This document shows positions 19,260 to 29,889 of a stretch of 64,000 bases of DNA, in pieces. Positions within the stretch are counted from its first letter, which is position 1, and the number at the start of each line of letters is the position of its first letter. Where the stretch lies: positions 23,778 to 87,777 of the forward strand of contig CAWDFP010000005.1 of NCBI GenBank assembly GCA_963801605.1, written 5' to 3'. Made by a program: the position numbers and the translations under genes. The stretch comes from an uncultured candidate division Zixibacteria bacterium. Its GTDB lineage: Bacteria; Zixibacteria; MSB-5A5; UBA10806. The notes below the pieces were generated by a model that ran no database searches, was not told the DNA's origin, and saw only the letters and a program-made list of their open reading frames with translations.

Positions 19260-20507
19260 ATGAAATCGCTCATTTTTTTCCTGTTCAAAGCTTCGTTGTT
19301 TTTGCTGCTTCTTTTTTCCGTGTCAACAGCTAACCCGATCGAAATTCATTGGGCTCTTATCGATTCCACCGTCCCCCCGAGGCAGGATTTTAAGGCTATT
19401 TATAATTCCGAACGCAACAGCATCATGCTTTTCGGTGGCTCCGATACAAGCGGATCATTTCCTCGTGATACCTGGGAATGGAACGGCGAGTGGTGGCTGC
19501 AGGTCGATACCTCCGGGCCATCGGGACGGACTAATTTTGGCATGGTTTATGATGAAGCACTCAACAAAATTATCCTTTTCGGCGGTTGGAATCTCACCGA
19601 TGGATTTCTCGGTGATACCTGGATTTGGAGCGATTCGTTCTGGGTTAACCTGAACATCCCCGGTCCTCCGGCCAGAGCTAATTTTGCAATGTCCTACGAT
19701 CAAACCAATCAAACCGTTCTGCTGTTCGGCGGTTCTGATGGTGATAGTATTTACGGTGATACCTGGCAGTGGGACGAAACCGGATGGAGCCTCATCGATA
19801 GCGTTGGTCCTGCCCCCAGAATCTTTTCCCAGATGGTAGGTGTTCCCGAGTACCAGGGTTGTGTTCTTTTTGGGGGACAGGCCGATTTTAGCGGGCAATC
19901 TTTCGACGATTCCTGGGTCTGGCTCGGCTCATACTGGTTCGATATCACCGGTGATAATCCGGCAGCGCGGGTGGGTCACATGATGGCCTATAACCCTACC
20001 TGGGGCGATCCCTGGTCGATTCTCATGTTCGGTGGTCAGGACGCTATGATTCCCAATGCTTATTTTGACGATACCTGGGAATTTGATGGCTGGGGATGGA
20101 ATCTTATAGGTGCGGGCGAACCATCGCCACGCTCATTTGGCCAAATGATCTACCATGCCGGATTGGATAAAGTTATTCTGATCGGTGGTCTTAATGGCTC
20201 TGAGGTTTACCCCGAAATGTGGGCTTTTCCAACATATAGCGGTTCCTGTACGTATGTTTTGGGGGATGTTAATAATAACGGCAGTTTTAACGGTCTCGAT
20301 GTTACCTATGGCGTAGGTTATTTTAAGGGAGGCTATCCTCCTCCTTATGAATGCGAATGCCCCGCCGGCGGTGGTCAAGTCTGGTATGTAGCAGGCGATG
20401 TCAATGGCAGCTGTTCATTCAACGGCCTTGATGTCACCTATATGGTTTCCTATTTCAAGGGCGGCCCTACGCCCTTTCCCTGTCCTTATTGCCCTCCGGG
20501 AAGATAA
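19260..20507 (+). CDS. Secreted Kelch-like beta-propeller with C-terminal dockerin-like domain
   Basis: Signal peptide; six P-x-R...Y...LFGG...DTW-x-W repeats; duplicated GDVNxxxSFNGLDVTY. Confidence 0.85.
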   Translation: MKSLIFFLFKASLFLLLLFSVSTANPIEIHWALIDSTVPPRQDFKAIYNSERNSIMLFGGSDTSGSFPRDTWEWNGEWWLQVDTSGPSGRTNFGMVYDEALNKIILFGGWNLTDGFLGDTWIWSDSFWVNLNIPGPPARANFAMSYDQTNQTVLLFGGSDGDSIYGDTWQWDETGWSLIDSVGPAPRIFSQMVGVPEYQGCVLFGGQADFSGQSFDDSWVWLGSYWFDITGDNPAARVGHMMAYNPTWGDPWSILMFGGQDAMIPNAYFDDTWEFDGWGWNLIGAGEPSPRSFGQMIYHAGLDKVILIGGLNGSEVYPEMWAFPTYSGSCTYVLGDVNNNGSFNGLDVTYGVGYFKGGYPPPYECECPAGGGQVWYVAGDVNGSCSFNGLDVTYMVSYFKGGPTPFPCPYCPPGR

Positions 20508-20774
20508 GGATATGGTTGGCAGATTTAAGGTTCTTGAATGTATCGCAACATAGATATATAGTATTTCTTCCGCAAATAAATCGAACTGCTTCCTAAATTA
20601 TCGTTGTCTATTCCATGTTGCCATTACATCGGATTTAATAAGCTTGATATCCGAAAAATTAAGTTGTTGATGATAATCCTTATGCTTATCATATCCTATC
20701 ATAACCCAAAAATGGAACATAAAGGGGCTATGATTCTATAACAACTTGACGATATTAAATAAAGGATCGTTAAG

Positions 20775-22050
20775 ATGAGAACCTCAATTATTCTGATAAC
20801 TATTTTGGTGATGGCTATACTGGCGCCCGCTGCTATGGCGTCCAAGATATTGATACCCATGGACATGTCGCAAACGGATCATCTCAAGGCTTATGGCGTG
20901 GCCTATTGGTGTCTTAAATATGGCACCAAGGTGGAATGGCTTTTAAATTACCGCGGCGGTTCATTTTTAACTGATGACTTGCCTCAAATTTCCGAGGTAT
21001 GCCGCTTAAAGGGAGTATCGTACGAGACAATCTCAGGCGCCGATGAAGCCGGCATTAAAAAGACCGTCGAAGATGGCAATATGGAATCGGTAATTCTGGA
21101 AAAAGCCCCAAAGATTGCCATTTATGCTCCTCCTAATCGAAAAGAAGAGCCGTGGGATGATGCCGTTAATCTGGCTTTGACCTATGCTGAAATTCCATTC
21201 GATGTAGTCTGGGACCCCGATATCCTTTCCGGGAAACTCGCCGAGTACGATTGGCTGCATCTGCACCATGAGGATTTTACCGGCCAATACGGGAAAGTTT
21301 TACGCCGCCTATCGCAATACAATGTGGTACAAACAGGACAAAGCTTTCAACGAAAAAACCGCTCGCGATCTGGGCTTTGCCAAAGTATCAAAACTTAAAT
21401 TAGCGGTTGCTGATGCCATTGAAAAATATGTCAGCGATGGCGGCTTTCTTTTTGCCATGTGCTCCGCTACCGATACTTACGATATCGCCCGGGCCGCCTG
21501 GAAAACCGATATCGTCCCGGCGGAATCCGACGGCGATGCCGCCGATCCCGACTGCAATAAGAATCTCGATTTCTCGCGCTGTTTTGCTTTTGAAAATTTC
21601 GAGGTTATCACCAACCCTTTGATTTATGAGCATTCCAATATCGATACGTCACCGACTCGCGGCACTCCCGGCCTGACTCCCCAAACCGATTATTTCACGC
21701 TATTTGATTTTTCCGCCAAATGGGACCCTGTGCCAACCATGCTGATCCAGGATCATACTCAGATCGTCGATGGTTTCTGGGGACAAACCACCGGTTTCAA
21801 CAAACAATACATTAAAAAGACTGTCACGATTTTAGCTGAGACCGAAGGCAAAAACGAGGCCAAATATATTCATGGCAATATTGGCAAGGGCTCATTTACT
21901 TTTCTCGGAGGACATGATCCGGAAGATTATCAGCACATGGTAGGGGACCCTCCAAGCGATCTGTCATTGCATAAGCATTCGCCCGGTTACAGGCTGATAT
22001 TAAATAATGTTTTATTTCCCGCTGCTCAGAAAAAGGAGCGTAAAACCTGA
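20775..22050 (+). CDS. Conserved secreted FCB-group protein (often mislabelled 'asparagine synthetase B'); frameshift ~21295
   Basis: Signal peptide; DHLKAYG..WLLNYRGGSF, WDDAV, YDWLHLHHEDFTGQYGKF, GGHDPEDYQH, SPGYRLILNNVLFPAA. Confidence 0.8.
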
Positions 22051-22889
22051 TCTCAAGTTATTCTGGCGCCGTTAAGGGACGGCTTGGATTCGCGGATTTG
22101 GGAGGCGGCTTTTCGAACCTCGCAATCTTTTCGCAGGAGTATGGGTTCGGGCTGATTCAAATCAGTCTCGATAATCCCCGCAATTTCCCCGAGCATCTTT
22201 CCAAAAGCGAACGGGCCGATATTCGGGCCCGTTATACTGAACTGGGTATCGGTCTCTGTTTTCACAGCCCGTCCGATATTCCGCTGATGAATCGTCATGA
22301 GAATGTCCGCCGGGCCGCGCTGGAACGCTCATTCGAAATGATCGATTTGGCAATTGATCTGGGAGGCGAATATTTCATCTTTCATCCCGGACGGTTAGCT
22401 TTCTACTCTCTTTCGACCAAAAAAATCTTCTTTATGGAGCAGAGATATCCCGATAGAATCAGCGAACTCTTTTCGGATTCTTTGAGCCGTCTTCTGGCGC
22501 ATTGCGCCGGACGAATTGAATTATGTATCGAAAATACTCATGCTATATCCGCTCCCTTTTTGAATATCATAGGCAATCTGGCTTCTCACGAGGGGCTGGG
22601 GCTGGTTTGGGATGCCGGTCATACCGAACAGCTTGTTGGTCCCAAAAGGGCGCAGGTTATCAAATTTTTCCAGGATCATATCAAGCATGTCAGACTGGCG
22701 CATCTTCATGATATTGTCGATGGCGCCGATCACAAAGCGCTTGGCGCCGGGCAGCTCGATGTTGTCGGATATCTCGAAATTTTCAACGCCTTATCAATCG
22801 ACGTTATCCTCGAAATCTTTCCCAAAGAGGCTCTGATTCAATCGGTCGAATACCTCAGTAAATTAACGGTTGCCGATAAATTAAAATAA
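22047..22889 (+). CDS. Sugar-phosphate isomerase/AP endonuclease 2-family TIM-barrel protein
   Basis: FHSP, FHPG, IENT, WDAGH, AHLHD, DHKALGAG, ILE metal ligands; frame open from CTG 22047 (track start 22098). Confidence 0.85.
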   Translation: MISSYSGAVKGRLGFADLGGGFSNLAIFSQEYGFGLIQISLDNPRNFPEHLSKSERADIRARYTELGIGLCFHSPSDIPLMNRHENVRRAALERSFEMIDLAIDLGGEYFIFHPGRLAFYSLSTKKIFFMEQRYPDRISELFSDSLSRLLAHCAGRIELCIENTHAISAPFLNIIGNLASHEGLGLVWDAGHTEQLVGPKRAQVIKFFQDHIKHVRLAHLHDIVDGADHKALGAGQLDVVGYLEIFNALSIDVILEIFPKEALIQSVEYLSKLTVADKLK

Positions 22890-22902
22890 CCGGTTTAGAG
22901 TT

Positions 22903-24018
22903 TTGAAAAACAAACTTTCAGTATTAATAATATTGTCGATCGTATTCATGTTGCTTGGCGGTATCGTATCGGCCGAGCTTCGTTGTAGTTTATGCGCTAA
23001 GAGCATTTCCGGCACTTATTATAAATCCAATGGAGCCGTTTATTGCGAATCGTGCTGGTCGTCGCATACCATTTGCTCCCAATGCGGTAAGCTGGTGCAG
23101 TCGGTAATCAATGTTGACGGCCTCAAACTCTGTAACGAGTGTTACGCTCGGCTCGATCGTTGCGGCATCTGCGGCCAGCCTCTAACGGGAAATTACACCC
23201 AATATCCCAAACTGGGGCTTAAGGTTTGCTCGCAATGCGAGCGCGACAAACCGCATTGCCAGAAATGCGGCGTGCCACTGGCTGAATCCAACAACGTTGG
23301 CGGCGTCAATCTTTGCCAGCGATGTGCCGGCAAGACCGAACGCTGTCACTGCTGCGGTCAGGCGTTGCTGGAGAATTTTACTTTTTTCGACGGCAACTCG
23401 GACGCTAAATATTGCGATAAGTGTGTTGCGAAATATCCTCGCTGCGAGGATTGCGGAGCGCCGTCCGGCCCTGACGCTACCAAGCTAAACGATGGCCGCT
23501 TTCTCTGTCCCGACTGTCGCCGAGTGGCTTATTTCGATGTCGGTCTGGTATCATCGATAAAAACTAAAGTGCAGTCGTTTGTGTTTGGCAATATGGGCAT
23601 GGCTGTAAAGCATCAGGTCAGCTTTGCTCTTGAGGGCCAGGATTTCATCAAGCGGAAGGCTAAGAATATTCACGGTGATATCAATGGCCTCTTCTATTGT
23701 AAAGGTGATGAGTACGATATTTACGTGCTATATGGTTTACGCGAAAAGGATCTTATCAGCGTTATCACGCATGAGCTCAGCCATGCCTGGGAGGCCGAAA
23801 ACTGCTCCGATGATCTGTCTCTCGAAGATCGCGAGGGCTTTGCTCAATGGGTGGCTTATAAGGCGCTCGTATTCTTCGGTCATAGCGATTTCGCCAAGTT
23901 AACAACCGAGGGAAATGATATGTATGCCCATGGCCTGACGAGAATGTTGAAAATCGAATCACGCGGCGGTCAAAAAGCCGTTTTTGACGCCATCAAAGGT
24001 ATCGTTCAACCGGATTGA
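22903..24018 (+). CDS. Secreted multi-zinc-finger (LIM-like) protein with C-terminal DA1-like metallopeptidase
   Basis: Signal peptide; 12 CxxC motifs; HELSHAW (HExxH), EGFAQW and YAHGL. Confidence 0.8.
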   Translation: MKNKLSVLIILSIVFMLLGGIVSAELRCSLCAKSISGTYYKSNGAVYCESCWSSHTICSQCGKLVQSVINVDGLKLCNECYARLDRCGICGQPLTGNYTQYPKLGLKVCSQCERDKPHCQKCGVPLAESNNVGGVNLCQRCAGKTERCHCCGQALLENFTFFDGNSDAKYCDKCVAKYPRCEDCGAPSGPDATKLNDGRFLCPDCRRVAYFDVGLVSSIKTKVQSFVFGNMGMAVKHQVSFALEGQDFIKRKAKNIHGDINGLFYCKGDEYDIYVLYGLREKDLISVITHELSHAWEAENCSDDLSLEDREGFAQWVAYKALVFFGHSDFAKLTTEGNDMYAHGLTRMLKIESRGGQKAVFDAIKGIVQPD

Positions 24019-24232
24019 CATGTGGATACGTAGCTCGGATTCCAGGTCCCCGGTACGAGAAACCCAACGCTGATTTGCCGTGGTGTCGCATTTTAACTCG
24101 CCCTTTACCTGTCAAAAACCCGCCAACCTTACTGCTTAATTCCCCAAGCCATATTAACTAATAGGGGTTGACTTTAGTCCCTTAAATTTATAAATTTGTA
24201 AAAAGGCGCCCATGGGGTGCTTTTTTCAAATT

Positions 24233-24967
24233 ATGAGCAACGATAGACTGCAAACCGAAATCGAGGCCTTTGACGATACCCAGGCTTACCTGGAGCTCAT
24301 GGCCCGCCCCTATACCCGACGTCTCAAAGCCGAGGTTGACACTTATATGGCCTCCCAAAACATCAAGGGAGCCACCATCCTGGAGCTCGGATGCGGCATT
24401 TCCGAACACGCCCACCGCTTCAACCACAATAATCTCATGGTTGTCACCGATATCACTAAATCCCTGGTTGAGAAAAACGATCCACCATCGGCCCGCGCCA
24501 TTTGCGACGCCCAAATCTTGCCTTTCAAAGATAAAAGCATCGATTTCATAATATTCGTTGGCATCTTACATCATTTGCCCAGCCAGAAGCTTGCGCTTCT
24601 TGAAGCCGCCCGGGTTTGCCGGCCAAATGGACGGATTTTTATCTGCGAACCACATCGCAGAAGCATCAATTTTGTCTATTATAATCTGCGGCTTCTGGTC
24701 ATGAGGATTTTAGGCGTAAAATTCGTTAAAAAGCTGATTGGCTGTTTCTCACCGGATGAATCCCAGCTCGACGTCAATGCCGTAGAAAGCATCTTCGACG
24801 GTGACTTTGATCGTAAAAAATGGACCATACTTTCATTTCGGCTGCCTCCCCTGCGGCTTTTCAAGGATTCAAAGCTCGATGTTATTTTCTCTAACTTTTT
24901 CGATAAGCTCCCCATCTTTCGGCATGTCGGAACGACAATCCTCTATGATATCAGGCGGCATAAGTAA
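24233..24967 (+). CDS. Class I SAM-dependent methyltransferase
   Basis: ILELGCG, CDAQILPFKDKSIDFI, ILHHL, RVCRPNG. Confidence 0.9.
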   Translation: MSNDRLQTEIEAFDDTQAYLELMARPYTRRLKAEVDTYMASQNIKGATILELGCGISEHAHRFNHNNLMVVTDITKSLVEKNDPPSARAICDAQILPFKDKSIDFIIFVGILHHLPSQKLALLEAARVCRPNGRIFICEPHRRSINFVYYNLRLLVMRILGVKFVKKLIGCFSPDESQLDVNAVESIFDGDFDRKKWTILSFRLPPLRLFKDSKLDVIFSNFFDKLPIFRHVGTTILYDIRRHK

Positions 24968-25061
24968 TATTGATGTGTGGGAATCAGATAATTATGAAAG
25001 GCGTTATTGGCTGCGAGCGGCTTATTATTTTAGCTTTCCTTGCCAGATATGAACACGTCGG

Positions 25062-27686
25062 ATGAAGCTTTATAAAGATAAATTATATCTAAGGCTGTCG
25101 CTGTTATCATTTTTGGTTAGCCTGGTTATTTATTACATTACCAGCGCCCCCACTGTCTCATTCTGGGATTGCGGCGAGTTCATTGCCACCTCATATATCA
25201 TGGGCATTCCCCACCCACCTGGAAATCCTTTGTTTATTATCATCGGCCGCTTCTTTTCGATGTTGCCTATCGCCGGCAATATCAGTGTTCGCATAAACTT
25301 GATTTCGGTTCTCAGCTCTGCCGCCTCGGTATTCGTCGCTTATTGGCTTATCCTGAGATTGACAATTGGCAATCGTGATGAGATGCCTGAGGGTAATGCC
25401 CGAATCGGTTTGGCGGTAGGCGCCTTGGCCGGCTCGCTTATCATGGGGTTCGCCTATACCTTCTGGAGCAACGCCATTGAGGCTGAAGTCTATGGCCTCG
25501 CCATGCTCTTGATGCTGATTATCACCTATTTATCCCTTCTCTGGTCTCAAAACATCGGCAAGCCCGGAAATGATCGTCTCCTTATTCTTATTTCATACCT
25601 GCTTTGGATTTCGCTTGGGATTCATTTGACAACTTTCCTGCTGACTATTCCCCTGGCCTTATATTTGGCTTATATCGATTATAAAAAAAGCAATTTTGAA
25701 CATTGGCCGATATGGCTTGTATTAATTCTATTCGTGCTTTATGTCGTTCCTATCCAAACTCAAATTCTCTCGATAGTCGGTATTAATAATAGTCCTTTTG
25801 AACTGGAATCGTTCTTCATTATCATGGGGGCCGCTTTTATTGCTTCCTTGGTGATGTTTATCCTGACCTGGCAAAAGGGTGCCCGGAGCGCTCGAATTTG
25901 GGGTCTGACACTCTTAATCCTGATCTTTGGAGGATTGGGATATTCGAATCAGGCTTATATCCCGGTTAGGGCCGCCGAAAAACCGGCTATTAACGAAAAT
26001 GATCCATCAAATTGGCCGCGATTTAAAGCCTTTCTCGAACGTAAGCAATATGGCCAGGAATCGATGATAACCCGCATGTTTCATCGCCGAGCCAGTTGGC
26101 AAAACCAATTCATTTCGGATCCGGATTTTGGGCTGTTTCGCCAGTTGACTGAGCAGTTCGCGTCACCCAATAGCAAACTTACCTTATACAGTAGACAGGG
26201 CGAGGGCGATTCTCAAGGCGTTGATTTCGGTCTCAATTTATGGTTGATTTATGTTGTTCTGTTGGGAATTGGCGGCATGATGGAGGCCGTCAAGCGCTCC
26301 CGGCCCGATGGCTTATATATCACCCTCACTATGCTCTTATGCACAGTTGGGCTGGTATTCTATCTTAATTTCTCTGATGGCAGCCGCGCCATCGCGCCTT
26401 TGGCCGAGGTTAGAGCCAGAGATTATTTCTATACTCCCGGCTTTATGTATTTTGGGATTCTTGTCGGCGTTGGCCTTTCGGCATTCTTGGAGTGGCTGGG
26501 AAAGCGCTCTGCCCTGGCTTTTGGCATCGGACACCGTTGGCAAAAACTTCTTTTCCCGGTGGCCCTGGTTATGGCCATAGCTCTTCCCATTAATACGATC
26601 CGCGCCAATTTTGCGCATAACGACCGCCGGGGTAATTATCTTCCCTGGGATTACGCCAACAACATTCTGCAGTCCTGCGATCAGAATGGCATCGTTTTCA
26701 CCAACGGCGATAACGATACCTTTCCTCTTTGGTGTATTCAGCAGGTCGACAAAGTCAGGACCGATGTTCGAGTTGTCAACTTAAGTCTTTTGAATACGCC
26801 CTGGTATATTCATCAGCTTAAAGATCAGATGCATGTCCCTATTAATTTAAGCTATGACGAGATCGAGAATCTTCATGCCGCGCGCATCGAGGGCACCAAC
26901 GGCATCTGGCGCGTTCAGGATGAGATGGTTAAAGAGATAATCACTAATTCTCAGGCTAACGGATGGAACCCGCCTGTCTATTTCGCCATGACGGTTTCTA
27001 ATGATAACAGGCTGGGACTTAATGATCATTTTATCTCTGAGGGTATGGTTTACCGAGTGGTAGAAACTGCCGGGCCTGATCGCATGAATACTGCCGTGGG
27101 CCAGCGGATATTCGGCAACCCCGCCCATTTCCGAGGCCTTGGTGATCCCAAAGTCAAAAAGGATGATAATGACATCAGGCTCACCTCCAACTATATTTCC
27201 GGAATGTTTCAATTGGTTGAAGCCTATCAGAAACAGGGAAAAATTGATTCCGCTCTGGCTATGGCTGAGGCGGCGGTCAGGCTTCGTCCTCCGGAGACAT
27301 TATGGCAAGCCGAGGGTTATCTCGCTAAGATGTATGCCAGTGCCGGCAAATATCAAAAAGTCGATTCTCTTTTGGGCGCGACTGATAAAGAAACTGGCGA
27401 AAAGATCGGTCTGGCTGTAGCCCAGGATTTTCTTGCAAATAAAAATTACGATCCAGCCGAACAGACCTTAAAAATCACTTTGTCGCGATACCCCTGGTCT
27501 TTTACCGCATTGAACAATCTGGTCATGGTCTATTATCAAAAGGGAGATACATTAGAGGCCAATGCTTTGATTTCCAATTTTCGAAATGCCTACTCTAATG
27601 ATAAAGCGCTAATGGCCGCCGTTGATGATATGGTCCAACGTATAAAACATGCCCCAATTCCGCAGTCGACAATGGAGTCCAAATGA
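25062..27686 (+). CDS. DUF2723 / TMEM260-like multi-TM glycosyltransferase with C-terminal TPR-like region
   Basis: SFWDCGEFI, GIPHPPG, FWSNAIEAEVY, RARDYFY, FTNGDNDTFPLW, DVRVVNLSLLNTPWYI. Confidence 0.9.
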   Translation: MKLYKDKLYLRLSLLSFLVSLVIYYITSAPTVSFWDCGEFIATSYIMGIPHPPGNPLFIIIGRFFSMLPIAGNISVRINLISVLSSAASVFVAYWLILRLTIGNRDEMPEGNARIGLAVGALAGSLIMGFAYTFWSNAIEAEVYGLAMLLMLIITYLSLLWSQNIGKPGNDRLLILISYLLWISLGIHLTTFLLTIPLALYLAYIDYKKSNFEHWPIWLVLILFVLYVVPIQTQILSIVGINNSPFELESFFIIMGAAFIASLVMFILTWQKGARSARIWGLTLLILIFGGLGYSNQAYIPVRAAEKPAINENDPSNWPRFKAFLERKQYGQESMITRMFHRRASWQNQFISDPDFGLFRQLTEQFASPNSKLTLYSRQGEGDSQGVDFGLNLWLIYVVLLGIGGMMEAVKRSRPDGLYITLTMLLCTVGLVFYLNFSDGSRAIAPLAEVRARDYFYTPGFMYFGILVGVGLSAFLEWLGKRSALAFGIGHRWQKLLFPVALVMAIALPINTIRANFAHNDRRGNYLPWDYANNILQSCDQNGIVFTNGDNDTFPLWCIQQVDKVRTDVRVVNLSLLNTPWYIHQLKDQMHVPINLSYDEIENLHAARIEGTNGIWRVQDEMVKEIITNSQANGWNPPVYFAMTVSNDNRLGLNDHFISEGMVYRVVETAGPDRMNTAVGQRIFGNPAHFRGLGDPKVKKDDNDIRLTSNYISGMFQLVEAYQKQGKIDSALAMAEAAVRLRPPETLWQAEGYLAKMYASAGKYQKVDSLLGATDKETGEKIGLAVAQDFLANKNYDPAEQTLKITLSRYPWSFTALNNLVMVYYQKGDTLEANALISNFRNAYSNDKALMAAVDDMVQRIKHAPIPQSTMESK

Positions 27687-28795
27687 GAATTCTGGCGCTA
27701 AATTGGCAGGATCTTAAGAATCCTCAGGCGGGCGGCGCCGAGGTTCATCTCGAGGAGATTCTCAAACGTTTGGTACAATATGGACATCAGGTCGATCTGC
27801 TTTGCTCCAATTTCCCCGGCGGCGGCAAAACTGATATAACGGACGGTATAAATATTATCAGAAGCGGCTCGCGGTTGAATTTTAACTGGGTGGCTCCTTT
27901 TGCGCTGCGCAAACTGATCAGCGCCAATCGCTATGATGTTGTCATCGAGGATATTAATAAAATCCCCTTTTATAGTTCCTTATATCATAAACTGCCGACC
28001 TTGATTGTCATTCCTCATCTTTTCGCCGATACCATTTTCCAGGAGATCAACTTCATACTGGGATCATACATTTTCCTCTTCGAAAAACCGGTTCCGCTGA
28101 TGTATAAAACTCGGCAATTCATGGTTATTTCCAAATCTACTGCCGACGAAGTTGAAAAACGAGGTATCCCCAGAGAGAATATTCACGTGGTCGAATGCGG
28201 AATCGACAAGGAAATTTACAGATTCGATCCCTCCATTCCTAAATTTGATATTCCTACTTTGATCTATATCGGGCGCCTTAAAAAATATAAAAATGTTGAG
28301 ACCGCAATCACGGCCTTACCTCTCATCCGTAAAACTGTGCCAAACGCCAGATTGGTTATTATCGGCTCCGGAGATCATCAGCCGGATCTTCAAAGGCTTA
28401 CCGAAGCTATGGGTCTCACCGACGCTGTGGAGTTTAAGGGTTTTATCCCCCAAGCCGAAAAAATTACTTATCTCCGACGGGCCCATATTTCGGTCTATCC
28501 GTCGCTCAAAGAGGGCTGGGGATTAACCAACATCGAGGCTAATGCTTGTGGTACTGCGGTCCTGGCTGCCCGTGTGGCTGGCTTACAGGATTCCGTTGAC
28601 GAGGGAAACTCAGGATTGCTCTTTGAGTTTGGCAATATCGAGGCTTTTGCCTCCCTGGCTGTTAAAATGATTTGCGATGATTCATTCAGAAAAGGTCTTG
28701 AAATGGGAGGCTTGCGTTGGGCTGCCAATTTCTCCTGGGATAAAGCCGCCAAAGCCACCGAGGACATTATTAAAAGGATCGTTGCACCCCAGTGA
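27683..28795 (+). CDS. Glycosyltransferase family 4
   Basis: AGGAEVH, IGRLKKYK, PSLKEGWGLTNIEANACGT. Confidence 0.93.
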   Translation: MRILALNWQDLKNPQAGGAEVHLEEILKRLVQYGHQVDLLCSNFPGGGKTDITDGINIIRSGSRLNFNWVAPFALRKLISANRYDVVIEDINKIPFYSSLYHKLPTLIVIPHLFADTIFQEINFILGSYIFLFEKPVPLMYKTRQFMVISKSTADEVEKRGIPRENIHVVECGIDKEIYRFDPSIPKFDIPTLIYIGRLKKYKNVETAITALPLIRKTVPNARLVIIGSGDHQPDLQRLTEAMGLTDAVEFKGFIPQAEKITYLRRAHISVYPSLKEGWGLTNIEANACGTAVLAARVAGLQDSVDEGNSGLLFEFGNIEAFASLAVKMICDDSFRKGLEMGGLRWAANFSWDKAAKATEDIIKRIVAPQ

Positions 28796-29889
28796 AAAAA
28801 AAGCTTAATTTGATCCTTGGACTGATAATTAGCGCCATATTTATTTATCTTGCCTTTCGACGGGTGCGGTTGGGGGAGATCTATTTTTCGCTGAAACACG
28901 CCGATTATCTTCTCATTCTTCCCAATATGGCGATTGTAATTGTATGCATGGTTATCAGGGCGGAACGTTGGAAATATCTTTTGAAACCTATCGGGGATTT
29001 TAAGCAGAAGCAGCTTTTCCCATCGGTAATGATCGGTTTTATGGCAAATAATATTCTGCCTGCTCGTCTCGGTGAGGTGGTAAGAGCTTACTCCCTTGGC
29101 GCCAAAACCGGGCAATCGCGCGCTTCCATTTTCGCATCGGTGGTTTTGGAACGGCTTTGTGACAGCCTGTCCCTTTTAGCTATGTTTTGGCTGGTCATTC
29201 TTTTTATCCCTTTTCCCGCATATATTAAAAAATTCGGGATTATAACTTTAATTATAAACATTGGACTTATACTGGCGCTATTGCTTCTCAAACGTCATAC
29301 TGCGCCCCTTGTTAAAATCGTACTAAAAACCCTCTTTTTTCTGCCCAGAAGTTTATCAGAGAAGCTGGAATATATCATGCATAGGTTCGCCGAGGGGCTT
29401 AATGTATTCAAGCATGCCAAACCTTTGTTTATGGTGGCTTTTTGGTCGATTATCCTTTGGATAATAACCGCGTTATCGAATTATTTTGTTTTCATGGCCT
29501 TTGGACTATACCCGAATCCGGCGGCCTCGTTTATCCTGCTATTGTTCGTGGCGGCCGGCGTCATGCTGCCGTCAGCGCCCGGATTCGTGGGCGTATTTCA
29601 GGCGGCGACTATTGGTGCTTTCGCTCTCTTGAATGAATTAAATTTGCTGGGAAACCACATGACCTGGCTTAAGGCCAAGACAGTGGCCCTTATATCTCCG
29701 GCGTTCACCGGAGTCTCGGCCGCCGCCATCGCGCCCCTTTGCGATTCTCTGGGGCTATTCGGGATATCTAAAGGGGAGGCTTTGTCTTTTTCTATTGTGC
29801 TTTGGCTTTGTCAATATTTGCCTGTTACGCTTTTGGGATTATATTACCTGAAACGCGAGCATTTTTCGCTTAAGACCGTTGAGGCTTGA
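28792..29889 (+). CDS. Lysylphosphatidylglycerol-synthase TM-domain (flippase-like) protein
   Basis: RAERWKYLL, NNILPARLGEVVR, VLERLCD, PSAPGFVGVF. Confidence 0.9.
   Translation: MKKKLNLILGLIISAIFIYLAFRRVRLGEIYFSLKHADYLLILPNMAIVIVCMVIRAERWKYLLKPIGDFKQKQLFPSVMIGFMANNILPARLGEVVRAYSLGAKTGQSRASIFASVVLERLCDSLSLLAMFWLVILFIPFPAYIKKFGIITLIINIGLILALLLLKRHTAPLVKIVLKTLFFLPRSLSEKLEYIMHRFAEGLNVFKHAKPLFMVAFWSIILWIITALSNYFVFMAFGLYPNPAASFILLLFVAAGVMLPSAPGFVGVFQAATIGAFALLNELNLLGNHMTWLKAKTVALISPAFTGVSAAAIAPLCDSLGLFGISKGEALSFSIVLWLCQYLPVTLLGLYYLKREHFSLKTVEA

Noticed and set aside
20775..22050. Genuine asparagine synthetase B
   Set aside because: Has a signal peptide and lacks the N-terminal Cys Ntn domain and the SGGLDS motif
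22903..23520. Multiheme cytochrome c
   Set aside because: The CxxC motifs are not followed by His (no CxxCH)
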